From Octopus bimaculoides (taxonomy: Eukaryota): a DNA stretch of 46,393 nucleotides. The stretch covers positions 38,182,178 to 38,228,570 of the forward strand of contig NC_068997.1 of NCBI RefSeq assembly GCF_001194135.2, given 5' to 3'. Under the pieces are notes generated by a model that was not told the origin of the DNA, searched no databases, and saw only the letters and a program-made list of their open reading frames with translations. Shown here one piece after another: positions 1 to 10,640 of the stretch. Numbering within the stretch: position 1 is the stretch's first letter; every line of letters begins with the position of its first letter. The position numbers were made by a program, and so were the translations under genes.

Positions 1-369
1 CAGCAGATGACAACGTTTCTCGAAAAGAAATGGAAAAACTTTCAAAATACAAAGACCTGGAAATAGAGATAACTCGAATGTGGAGTCTAAAAACAGAAAC
101 AATTCCTATCATAGTAGGTGCCTTAGGTATAATAAAAAAATACTCAGACAAATACATAACAAAAATACCAGGACTTACAAATATATGTAACATACAGAAA
201 ATTGCACTACTGGGTACTGCACACATTCTACGCAAAACACTTTCAATACAGTAAACATAAAAGCACCACAGCAAACCACAGCACATACCCAAGGCGCACA
301 GAGCTACGCTCGGTAGTGAAGTGAAAGCACGTTATAAAAATAAAACTACTGAACAATAATAATAATAAT
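1..369 (+). mobile_element. 3' end of an RLE-type non-LTR retrotransposon (R4/Dong-like): endonuclease tail, 3' UTR and (AAT)n junction
   Basis: Frame from nt 3 reads ADDNVSRKEMEKLSKYKDLEIEITRMWSLKTETIPIIVGALG...LLGTAHILRKTL*. This is the KExEKxxKYxDL...W...PIxxGALG signature of restriction-like endonucleases. Stop at 254, ~100-nt UTR, then (AAT)n at 355-369. Confidence 0.85.
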
Positions 370-1638
370 ATAAATAAAATGTCAGATGTTTGGTGCATGA
401 ATTTTGGACCACTCTATAAAACGTAATTATTTTACAAGAAGTGTGTACAAGGCAGAACGACTACTATTCTTTTAAGTGGGAGAAGGAACATGTTAAATGC
501 ATTGAATGGGATGTTCTGCAAGTGGATAGAAAACAATTCAGAAAACATACATAATCATAGTTTGGAAAGCTGAAGTGCGATGCAGATGTTATGTGAAAAT
601 AAAATTGAAAAGTTTTTATGGTAGCCCACAGATATTTTTCTATAATTGTACTTCAATTGACATCAACATTTCGAAATAAAGACGAGGTAAATTTCGGCTG
701 AATAGACAATTCGGTTTCACCATGAGGCAGTTTAGATAGACGACGTCATGAACGGAAAGGAGCTTTCTGCTATGCTCCAAATGTAAATTATTCATGGAGG
801 GAAGACACGTCTAAAGTTGGGAAGTAGGTACATCACATGATAGGTGACTCATGATTATAGCAATAAGAAAAAAGTTGTTGTTACACCTGCATAGGTTTAA
901 ATTGCATTTTCTGTTCACTTACTAGAATATATCTAGAACACCTATCTTATCCACTAACACCCATTCTATATGAATTTTGCAAACAATGTATTTAGTCTTC
1001 CTTTGATAGAATTTCCGTCCTCCGTGACTTTGTTTCTGTACTGTCATGAACAAAGAATTCAAACTTGAAGCAATTCTAAAACCGTCTCGTTCTACCAGCT
1101 CAAGAAATTCCGATTACTTATTTGGTTCTGACGTACTTCCTATGACTAAAATAAAAAAAGGAAATTTATTTGAGCGTGTTGCTTAGTCAATGGATGGACA
1201 ATGTATGTGGTTTATTCCACTCAATGATTAAATGTTCCCGTTTCAGATATAAACAATCTTAAATCTCATTTTTAGGATGTGAGCGATAGCCTTCATTGAG
1301 ATTATGCATAATAGTTTTATCCTATCATTTAGGATGTCTTAGGATTCTGTGGATGGCTTTATAATCTTGTTTGGGATTTAAATCTTGCAGCTGTTTTGTT
1401 TATGATGACAAACAGAGAAATTTATAGCCTTATTTATAGATTATAAGCAAAGGTTCACACTTGCACTGGTTTTTATAGTCCAGGCAGGATGTATAAACTG
1501 GATAATGTGGTCTCATTTACAATAGAAGCAATGATTTTATAATATTCTACGTGTTGTAGGCAATGATCTATGCCGTTGTATAGGATGTGAACAACAATTT
1601 TATGCTGTTCCGTGGGGGGTGTAAGCAATGCTTTTTCT

Positions 1639-1875
1639 TGTAGTGAAATTGGTACTCTCCTTTCCACGTGACAAAGTGGTATATAAATCCACTATAAAGT
1701 CAGATAGTCAGTTATTGTAGGCGGGTCAGTAATAGTAGAGTTGTTATACGAATTCTCATTTCGAGTCAGTGTCCGTTACGTGACATATACGAGTTTGAGT
1801 TACCGTTAAGGTAGACGTTTCAAAGTCATTGTCTTGCAGCGCTATCGTCAATAGACAGGGAATACCACCACAACA
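1639..1875 (+). repeat. 5' LTR (TG...CA)
   Basis: The first ~55 nt align with 4395-4449 (6 mismatches in the first 44 nt). It ends ...CCACAACA just before the PBS-like motifs; the right boundary is inferred. Confidence 0.65.
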
Positions 1876-1948
1876 TAATAGTGGCTACAAGAATATTACA
1901 GTGCCGACAATAACATACAAGTGGACGAGGATCTCACATTTAGAATAG

Positions 1949-1961
1949 TGGCGACGAGGAT
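1949..1961 (+). promoter_or_regulatory. Primer-binding site complementary to the tRNA-Ser(GCU) 3' end
   Basis: TGGCGACGAGGAT is the reverse complement of ATCCTCGTCG-CCA, the 3' end of metazoan tRNA-Ser(GCU) as recalled. Confidence 0.8.
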
Positions 1962-2132
1962 ATAAACAATTCACGCGGACAACGTTGAAAAAAAAGTTCT
2001 TTTCTTTTCGCGAGAAAATAAACAATTCACGCAGACGACGCTGAAAATTTTTGTACGTAGAGAAATTAAAAACTCGACAGAAGAGTAACAAACATTTTTG
2101 ATGTACATATTTTACGAAAAATCCATACAATT

Positions 2133-2926
2133 ATGGAAAACTTGTTAGAGGGTCTAGCTGAGTTTCAAAAACAACAACTNNNNNNNNNNNNNNNNNNNNN
2201 NNNNNNNNNNNNNNNNNNNNNNNNNNNNNNNNNNNNNNNNNNNNNNNNNNNNNNNNNNNNNNNNNNNNNNNNNNNNNNNNNNNNNNNNNNNNNNNNNNNN
2301 NNNNNNNNNNNNNNNNNNNNNNNNNNNNNNGACGAAAGGAAAGCGTATCTCATTCTGAGGAAACTGGCAGCAATAGAGCATGAGAAATACTGTAATTTTA
2401 TTTTACCTAAAAAAGTTTCTGGCATAAATTTCACGGACACAATTGACATTTTCTGTAAGATGTTCAGTGAGAAAACATCGTTATTCAACACACAAAGACT
2501 TTACCACATAAAGGGTAGAGCGAACTCTCTGTGCGAGAGATTTAAACTGGATAAACTAACTCCAGACTCGTTCAAGTGCCTGATTTTTGTCCTAAAAAGA
2601 ACGCAGAAGTCAGAACGAAAATTCTCGCAAAGCTGGAAATGAACCAGAATATAACTCTCCAGAAACTGCCAGAAGAGTGCGATAGGATATTAAAAGTAAG
2701 GCACGACACAGGAGAAATTCAACGCAGAGATTGTTTACAGATAAAACCAGTGTGGAAGAGTCAGAAGACGGATAAAGTGTTTCACAAAATACACGATGTA
2801 CAGCAGGAGATAGACCCATGTATAGCATGCGATGGTAGGCACCTGAGAAAAGAGTGTCCGTTCAAAAAACGCAAAGTGTTTTCGTTGTGGGAACACAGGA
2901 CATATCAAATCGCACTGCAGAACTAA
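2133..2926 (+). pseudogene. Gypsy gag remnant with two CCHC zinc knuckles (frameshifted; N gap at 2180-2330)
   Basis: MENLLEGLAEFQKQQ...LILRKLAAIEHEKYCNFILPK. Knuckle 1 is CIACDGRHLRKECPF. Knuckle 2, KCFRCGNTGHIKSHC, lies in a shifted frame at ~2874-2918. Confidence 0.85.
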
Positions 2927-2967
2927 GGTGACAAAACACTGGACCAAACGAGAAAAAAATAAATAAC

Positions 2968-3231
2968 TTGTCATCAGAGAAAAAAGTTTGTAGAACGAAC
3001 AGAAAATTCGTGAAAGTGAGAATCGAAATCATTAGTATCAAAATGCAATTAGACACGAGGACTGACATCACTATCATAAATGAAGAAACATGGAGGCAAA
3101 TCAGTATGCCGAAATTATTTAAACCAAATAAAATAGCATATGGTGTTGTAGGAAAGAAATTATATTTCATCGGCGAATGTATTTGCAATGTAACTTTTCG
3201 AGGTGAAATGAAAAGAACACTCATTTATTAG
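2968..3231 (+). pseudogene. Gypsy aspartic protease remnant
   Basis: IKMQLDTRTDITIINEETW is a degenerate LDTG(S)D aspartic-protease motif, directly after gag. Confidence 0.8.
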
Positions 3232-3439
3232 TTTAAAAAATCATTAAACAGATTTGGTGCAGAATGCATGGAGTTATTTAAAATTTGGGATACCCCCATT
3301 AGTGTTCCGTGAAAATATAGTCGGTACGGTCAAAAGTTCGAATGAAGTCGAACAACTAAGACAAAAAATTAAAAAGTTGTTTCCAAATGATTTTTTTTTT
3401 TTGAAGGATTAGGTTCTTGCACTAAAACAAATGCGAGTA

Positions 3440-3870
3440 ACAGAAAAGGTAACGCCTGTTTTTAGGCTCAAACGGAACGTGCCGCTTGCGGCGTTGGAAT
3501 AGATCAATAAAGAGCTAGAAAGATTAGAAAGTCTAACTATAATTGAAAAAGTCGACCATTCAGACTGGGCAGCTCCGACGGTTTATGTAAAGAAGTTAGA
3601 TCTTTCAGAGGCCTATCTACAGATACAGGTAGAGGAAGATTGCGCACATCTTTTAACAATCAACACACACCGTAGATTGTATAAATTTAAGCGGATTCCT
3701 TCTGGAGAAAAAGTGAAAAAGTGGCACCTGTCACATTTCAACAAGTGATGGACGCAATGTTATACGATTGCGACTTCGCTATCGCTTATCTCGATGATAT
3801 TTTGATAAAGAGCGAGTCATTGAAGCAACACTTCGAGCATATTAAAAAAGTATTCAGACAAGTAAATGAA
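3440..3870 (+). pseudogene. Gypsy reverse transcriptase remnant
   Basis: VFRLKRNVPLAA..., HSDWAAPTVYVKK, DLSEAYLQIQVEE, FQQVMDAML...FAIAYLDDILI (YLDD at 3787-3798), with stops and frameshifts. Confidence 0.9.
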
Positions 3871-3879
3871 TAAGGGTAT

Positions 3880-4337
3880 ACATGGTGACACCGAACTTCA
3901 ATACACCAGCAGGAAGCTCACCAGCAGAACTGATGGTTGTGAGGAAGGTGAAATCACTTTTTGACCAACTGTTTCCTGACGAAGAAAGAAAAAGTATCAG
4001 AAAAGACAATCCGAAATGTTTCAAAATTGGTGATAAGGTGTACATGAGGTCGTATAAATACGGAAAACAATACTAAGAAGGAAAAATTACAGAGTACATA
4101 GGAAAAATGTTGTACAGAATTAATAGCAGAAAAAGTATTGAAACAAGGTACAGAAACCAGTTGAATCAGAGTTTCATAGAAAATGAACTACACAGAGTGG
4201 AAGAACCTATGGAATGGCTGTATGACACATTCCAGGTACCAACACTGTTAAAGATGGTTGAACCCACGCGTACAAGTGGCAGGAAAAGGAAGAACACCGA
4301 GTTCCTACAAATAGACGCCAAGAAAGAAAAATATTAA
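3880..4337 (+). pseudogene. Gypsy integrase C-terminal tail remnant
   Basis: TPNFNTPAGSSPAELM...FKIGDKVYMRSY is the usual post-DDE integrase tail; homologous to the 21065-21247 ORF. Confidence 0.7.
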
Positions 4338-4374
4338 GTCGGAAAATTAAAATAAAATTACTTGTTTCCCACAG

Positions 4375-4449
4375 AAAAAAAAAAAAGGGGGAGATGTAGT
4401 GAAAATGGCATTCCCCTTCCCACATGACAAAGTGGTATGAGATTCACTT
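4375..4449 (+). repeat. Polypurine tract and truncated 3' LTR
   Basis: A-run plus GGGGGAGA, then TGTAGTGAAAATGGCATTCCCC... at 4395; similarity to the 5' LTR ends at ~4449. Confidence 0.8.
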
Positions 4450-4590
4450 GTGAACCTCCGAGATATTTCACGAGATGTTTTGTGCTTTCATCCAAAATAG
4501 AGACGAATATTTCTCCTTCATGTGATTGGCTTGAAAAGTTGTTAAGATATTAAAATATTTTCTTGACATGAAATCAATGGTAGCCTTAAT

Positions 4591-4612
4591 ACACACACAT
4601 ACACACGCGTGT

Positions 4613-4678
<66 letters not shown>
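4591..4678. repeat. (CA)n microsatellite
   Basis: Seen directly. Confidence 0.95.
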
Positions 4679-4680
<2 letters not shown>

Positions 4681-6226
4681 CTGGATTCCAGTATTATATC
4701 ATAGTTATAGTGCTAACAACTTAAGTATACGTAGCATATTAGGAATTAAATCAGCTCTAACATTTTTAACTTAGTGAATTACAATGAATTAAGATTACAC
4801 TTGTAGTAAGGAAAGAAAACTCATTAGCTTAATGACTAATTCTGGTCAGAAAATGTGGTGGGAGACAAACTAAATATTTACATTAACTGTAATTAAATTC
4901 AATCAGAAAGTGGGGAGTGAGTCTGATATCTAGCAAGATCAGTGACAATTCCAAACATGTTTGGGTTTTATTAGATCTAGTATATATATATAATTGCAAA
5001 ACCTAAAATAGCTTGAAGACTTAGATTGAATAAATATTGACTGGTGTGGCAACTATCAATGCCTGGAGGAAATTGTGAAGGAATACTTACTGTATATAAA
5101 ACAAATTAATTCAGAGTTAACATACTTAATATAACGAGCACATAATTAAAAGTATGGTTTGCTGATGAGATTTGATACGACCGAAATATAACTGGCGCAA
5201 TCATTGATTATCTTATCAAATAACAGATTTATTTTCCGTAGCAATGTAGTCTAATTAGTAGTGCGTGGGCGCCGATTCCTTGTAAAAAAAAAATAACAAT
5301 TAATAATTGCACACGTTGAAATGATATCTATCTTATCAATGATGACAACTTTTCCATAATTATTACAAATTTGATAAAATCTATGAGTAAAGAAATTTGT
5401 GAAGTATTTGTAAAGACGAAGAAAATAAATATTTTCACTTGAGTTTAATAATTAATGTAGTAGAAATAAGTAAACTCGTTGTGGGAGAATTTAGAATTAA
5501 ATTACATAGCGTGCATTATTAACTAATTGACTGTGGTGGGAGTGAAAGCCTGTGCGCAAATCCTTTCAGACAAACCATATTAATTAGTCTCCCTCAGACA
5601 GCGTAATGTTAATGATTTAAGATTGAAACAAGATATTTGTAAATAGGGATCAAATACAGTTTCAAAAATTAAAACAAATGATCACAATGGGGCCAGACAT
5701 TATAAATAATTCAACTCTGGTGTAGAGATGTTCAAACAAAAGAAGACAATTTTCTCATTAATTCAGTGTGAATCATTTATTTATTGAAATGTGTTACAAA
5801 AAAAAACACATTAAACTGTTTTACCAGATTTCATTTGTAATATTATTGTTATACAAGATATGTATGACAAATGTAATACCATATAACCAAAACAAATATG
5901 GCATCAAATCCGCTGAAGTAAACTTACTCTGAACAAATATCGTTAACGAAGACCTCTTTGGTCTGTCACTCACTGTTTGTATTTTTCTTTGTCTCTTCAA
6001 ATGAAACTATAAATAACGAAACGAAAAGACTGAAGTCCTATCGATATTAGACTAATCGAAAAGAAAAATTGAAAGACGTGGAGAAATACAGAGGACAGTA
6101 TATACGCGCGCGCACACACACGCACACACACACAGACTTATCTACATACATACATACACATATATATATATATGAATATATATGCATGTATGTATATGTG
6201 TGTGTGTGTGAGTGTGTATGTATATA

Positions 6227-6857
6227 CAAAAATTGCTGTGTACCGTGCATTTGTACTGACATCGCTCCTTTACTCGTGTGAGACATGGACCTTTTACAAA
6301 CGTCATGTAAGGGTCCATAAACGCTTTCATCAGAGATGTCTGAGACACATTCTGAATATTGGCTGGACCTTAAAAACTCCAGACACGCAGGTCCTGAGGA
6401 CAACTGATATATTGAGTATTGAGGTGATGGTGCACAAGCACCGGTTACGTTGGACTAAACACCTCATTAGAATGAAGGGTAGCAGTATCCCTAAACAGAT
6501 GCTTTATGGGGAACGTATTAATGGAAAGAAACTCCAGCAGAAACCAAGGCTGCGATTTAAGGACTGTGTCAAGTCCTCATTAAAGGCCTGTGATATGCAG
6601 GAGACTGACTGGGAGAGAAATGCCTATCATCGACACAGATGGAGGAAGCAGGTTAAGAATGGGGCCGAGACCTTTGAGAGAGCGCGTATTCTGCATGAAG
6701 ATTTTAAACTTGCTGCTGGAAAGCGTACTGCTAGTGTAGTAAATGAGGAAAGCTTGGTTTGCAATGTTTGCAGTCATGTGTGCTTGTCAAGAGCAGGACC
6801 CATTAGCCGCAAATGCAAAATGCTCTTCCTCGGTCACGAGCAGACGGCCATCATCAT
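6227..6857 (+). mobile_element. 5'-truncated RTE-clade LINE (C-terminal ORF region with zinc-finger-like motif and (CAT)n tail)
   Basis: KIAVYRAFVLTSLLYSCETWT...RFHQRCLRHIL...RLRWTKHLIRM...PKQMLYGE...KPRLRFKDCVK...CNVCSHVCLSRAG; ends GCCATCATCAT. The provided 299-aa ORF reads through flanking microsatellites. Confidence 0.9.
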
Positions 6858-6953
6858 ATGTATATTCATGAATGAATATATATACACACACACATTTGCC
6901 CCAACAGAAGAAATAACTATTCAGAAAGTCGAAGTATCCCTGTGCAATGCCTT

Positions 6954-6955
<2 letters not shown>

Positions 6956-7024
<69 letters not shown>

Positions 7025-7100
7025 CACACACACACACGCACGCACACACACACGCACACTCACATATGTAATGTATGTATGTATGTATGTATGTGTGTAT
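6956..7100. repeat. (CA)n followed by (TATG)n microsatellites
   Basis: Seen directly. Confidence 0.95.
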
Positions 7101-8099
7101 GCATAAAAGAAGAACACAAATTCACAACAACTGTTTCGGCAGCATTTTATTGATGTACTTTTTACATCAAGACAAAAATCCGCTATCTTCAGGTAAATTT
7201 TAATCAAACAAACGGGTAAGACAGAAATAGAAATTGACTAGATCAATAGCTACATAGTGTAACAAGTGAATGTTTTAAAAGAAACAATACAATTTATAAA
7301 AGCAGTTTGTAAGACACGCATTGGCTATAGTTAAAAAATGATCTAATTTCTCAAATTGCAATCTTCATTCGTTTATAGCCTTGGCTTGTTAATTTTCTCA
7401 TGAAAATAAACATTAACTATAATAGAGTGCACACTTCGAAAAATATCAAAATGTGTTTACAAGCAAAGAAGCACATACAGAAGATGCAACTGTTGTTCCT
7501 CAACTGAACTCTGAACTACAATACAGTGTACACGGGGCTAATCTTATGGATCAGGCAGATGATTGCATTATAATGAATTCATATGAGTACTTACTATGAA
7601 AATAAATTATTGATACTACTAGATATATACGGATATTGAATTTGCAGAATCGCTCGACCGATGAACAAAATACCTTGCTCTATTTAGTTACATCACTTTA
7701 CATTTTAAGTTCACTCTTTCAATTTTTTTTTTCATCCTTCCGGGGTCAAATGAAGACAATATAATCGACAGTTTCCTCCGCAAAACTGCATAGTTTTGTG
7801 TTTTCATTAGAAATCATTGCCTCCTTATTATGTAACAAAAGTGGCAGGAATAATATGCCGATAGATTAAATCACTTGTTCTGCGTTCAAATCCTGCCGCT
7901 TTGCATTCCTGCATAGTCAAAAGCATCATATCGACCACTCAAGTACTTGTATAGATTTGTCGACTACATCACTTACTTAAATTTAGAGGTTTTACACGAA
8001 AAGCAAGAATCATTGTTATTATTTCTAGTAGCGATCCATGCTAAGTCGGAAAGTGATGCATCACCAGGATTATCGATTATTTCCACACACAACATTGTC

Positions 8100-8400
8100 C
8101 TTACTTACCTACGCCCAATGTTTGTACGTAGTGTAGACTTACTTGTAGCCAGTGTTTGTAAACAATCTAATACAATGTATTTGGTCTACATTCACCTGCA
8201 TACAACGTTTGTATATAGTGTACACATACCTTTACACAATGAATGAGGTCTACACTTACCTATGCAATTTTTATATGTAGACTACACATACACATAATTT
8301 TCATATGTAGTATACATTTACCTACACAAAATGTTTTTATATAATCTACACTTATCTATCCACAATGCTCATATGTAATCGATACTTAACTACTCACAAA
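8100..8400. repeat. Degenerate ~32-bp minisatellite (about 9-10 units)
   Basis: Recurring unit resembling TACACTTACCTACACAATGTTTGTATGTAGTC. Confidence 0.75.
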
Positions 8401-8733
8401 ATTGGTTCCGTGAAATCACAAAAGTTTAGTTGGAAGTTTTGCTGAATATATTTTTAACACATCATACACTTGGAACTGAAGTACTATAATAAAATATAAA
8501 AGACAGTGGTCCATTTATTTCAGTTATTTAAAATGAAGGCAAGTTACCTTCTTCGGATGGTTGTTTATTGCAGCTAACTTTCATTGGGTACTATTACCTA
8601 ATTTTCAAATACATATTAGTGAGGCATACACTAAGCTAACTTCAAAGCGTGGAGTAGAATATAAACATAAGACTAATTGCATGAGAGCCAAAAGCCCTTG
8701 TAAAAATAATATTATGTTGAATTATTTCTTTCC

Positions 8734-8739
8734 ACTTAC
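8734..8739 (-). promoter_or_regulatory. 5' splice donor (phase 0) ending the PDE11A-like exon
   Basis: Minus strand reads GCC AGT AAG|GTAAGT, a perfect consensus donor at the position where the protein should continue DxRFN in GAF-A. Confidence 0.9.
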
Positions 8740-9570
8740 CTTACTGGCATTTCCGATATTTACAGTTTCTCCCACTTCAGCTACATGACCAATTATTCCT
8801 TTTCCCCACTGAACTGTAATACTAGCATCGGTTGTAACTGATGGCATCAGGGTAGTACCAGAATGGACATCGAAGATTTTGGACACCAAAACAGGTTTTT
8901 CTTTAATTGATTTATCAACCAAAAAGAGTGATCCTTTATCACCATCTACAAGGATGCTAATGTTGGCAACAATTTTAGCACTCAAACTGGCTAGGTTCAA
9001 ATCATTTGAGATATCTTTTACTATTTCTAAAAAGAAATCTTTTTCATCCAAATGGAACATTTCCCGTTTCATGTCAATATCCTTGCTGGGGTAGCGTGGA
9101 ATTCGGATCTTTGACTCAATGAGCATGCTTAGCATATTTAAGGAGGTCGGCGGCAAAGAACGAAACTGGCGCATCTCCTTTAAACTACTCCGCCTGGCCT
9201 CAGTATTTGAATCAAAAGTATATGTTGATGGGCAATATGTACGGAATATATTGCGTAATTTTGACTTCGCAAAATCTTGACGTAAATGTTTCTTAGAATT
9301 AGATCTATGGTGCTTGGATTCTGAGAAGAAAGCTTGTTCATTGTTACATTTTAAGTCATTAGGAGATGTGGGTGTCAGACTTTCTTGGCCAGAGGATCCT
9401 TTTCTTTTGATTATAAATTCTTGAAGTGATTGGAAGCCATGGAGAACCAACCATTTGTTTATTAGAGTTATGTCAGCTTTCCGAAGAAAATAATCACAGG
9501 CACTCTCAGGATTGGCATCCAACCAGCTTTCAATTTTGCTCGCATTTAATGTAGGATGTAGCCGATTCAT
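8740..9570 (-). CDS. PDE11A: First coding exon (277 codons) of a PDE11A-like dual-specificity cyclic nucleotide phosphodiesterase: N-terminal regulatory region plus first half of GAF-A
   Basis: IESWLDANPE...DYFLRKA...KWL, LRQDFAKSK...RTY, SLPPTS..MLS.LIES.I.IPRYP, FFLEIVKDISNDLNL, SLFLV, LVSKIFDVHSGT and WGKGIIGHVAEVGETVNI match the recalled vertebrate PDE11A4 N-terminus and GAF-A block by block. An in-frame TAA lies upstream and the ATG context is ACAACC-ATG. The ORF-track tail VSGKK is intronic. Confidence 0.92.
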
Positions 9571-9607
9571 GGTTGTTTTCGGATAATATCGTTATAACTT
9601 TACTGCC

Positions 9608-9630
9608 CTAGATAAAATAAAAGAAAAAGA
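9608..9630 (-). promoter_or_regulatory. 3' splice acceptor; the exon spans 9607-8740 with 37 nt of 5' UTR
   Basis: Minus strand reads TCTTTTTCTTTTATTTTATCTAG|GGCAGT (polypyrimidine tract plus AG), implying an upstream non-coding exon. Confidence 0.7.
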
Positions 9631-10213
9631 GACGCGTTATAATAACACAGTGCAGATTTCATAATAAAAATGTTTCTTTTAAAGATTCTAACAAGATTAC
9701 TTTCAGTCAGTATCATAAACAGTTGTTAGCATTAATTAGAAACCATTCATTAAATGAAAATATCATTATATTAAATTATCATTAACTGATAAATAATGTG
9801 GAAAACAATCAGAAACTTTAATGAAAAGTGATGCCATTAATCAATAGTTTGTTGTTAGCTAGAAAAGAATCGATGAATTAACTCCAATATATCATAAGTG
9901 ATAATTTTATCGACACAGATATCAAGTTTGCTCAAGATCGATAACCCACACAGTTCCGAAAATTTTTAATCCAGCCCTAAACTGACTACCCATATCTTTT
10001 TCATTTAAATGCAGAATGTAAGCCATAATTTTGGCAATCCTTCTGTTAAGGTAGCCTTGTGGAATTTTGTAAATATATTTGATAATAATTCTATTTATTG
10101 ATAATTTAAATTTCATTTTAAATCATGTTAATTCAAATATCTCAGCCAAGTTTACTTCAGTCTAATAATAACCATAAATTTATTTAACATCTTATTATTA
10201 CTTTGCATTTGTA

Positions 10214-10405
10214 TGGCGGTGATCTGGAAAACTCATTGATCGTGTCGAGAAAGTGTATTTCAGTATTTCTTTCAACTCTTTACTATTTCCTTACATCCGT
10301 TGAGGTTAATTTTGTTATTCATTCCTCTGGGGTCGTTAAAATAAAGTAACAGTCAAGTATTTGTCATTTTGATTGGTTTTCCCCTCCCCTCGAAAATTAG
10401 ATCAC
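10214..10405 (+). mobile_element. Old, diverged tRNA-type SINE (family 1)
   Basis: Degenerate match to the clearer copies: GGCGGTGATCTGG..., CCGTTGAGGTTAATTT...CATTCCTCTGGGGTCG..., CCCCTCCCC. Confidence 0.5.
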
Positions 10406-10430
10406 TTATCATTAATAATTACTCAAATTA

Positions 10431-10640
10431 AGGTGGCGAACTGGCAGAATCGTTAGCAGGTTGGGAAAAAAGTTAAGCGACATTTCGTCTATCTTTACGT
10501 ACTGAGTTCAAATTCCGCCGAGGTTGACTTTACCTTTCATCCTTTCGAGGTTCATAAAATAAGTATCCGTTGAAAACACGAGTCATTATAATCGAATTAA
10601 CCTCTCACACAAACTGTTGGCCTTGAACCAAAATTTGAAG
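10431..10640 (+). mobile_element. tRNA-type SINE (family 1)
   Basis: GGTGGCGAACTGGCAGAATCGTTAGC (box-A-like) and GAGTTCAAATTCC (box-B-like), then GCCGAGGTTGACTTTACCTTTCATCCTTTCG; multiple copies in the window. Confidence 0.85.

Larger units (their letters stand above)
1639..4449 (+). mobile_element. Internally deleted Ty3/Gypsy LTR retrotransposon (Mag-like), intronic and antisense to the PDE11A-like gene
   Basis: 5' LTR starts TGTAGTGAAA at 1639. The same start recurs at 4395 directly after a polypurine tract. PBS at 1949, then gag, protease, RT and integrase-tail remnants in order. Confidence 0.9.

Noticed and set aside
1230-1638. 64-aa minus ORF and flanks resembling a Penelope RT start
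   Set aside because: No diagnostic motif, the ORF start lies inside the Gypsy LTR, and many stops follow.
1878-1961. CRISPR-like reading of the PBS repeats
   Set aside because: Eukaryotic LTR context; the repeats are short, degenerate and tRNA-complementary.
4468-4774. ORFs made of CV/HT/YI/SL dipeptide runs (here and at 12.0, 17.1, 18.4, 24.5, 40.5 and 42.7 kb)
   Set aside because: Translations of microsatellites or read-through of N gaps; not genes.
5155-5200. CTGATGA...GAAA hammerhead-like spacing
   Set aside because: Stem II pairs poorly, and there is no UH triplet or stem I; at most a decayed relic.
8722-8739. Last five residues (VSGKK*) of the 282-aa ORF
   Set aside because: They read through the GTAAGT donor into the intron, and PDE similarity stops at the donor.
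8879-9094. 71-aa plus-strand ORF
   Set aside because: Antisense shadow of the PDE11A-like exon.
10431-10520. tRNA gene
   Set aside because: Box A/B-like motifs are present but there is no cloverleaf; the sequence continues into a multi-copy SINE body.
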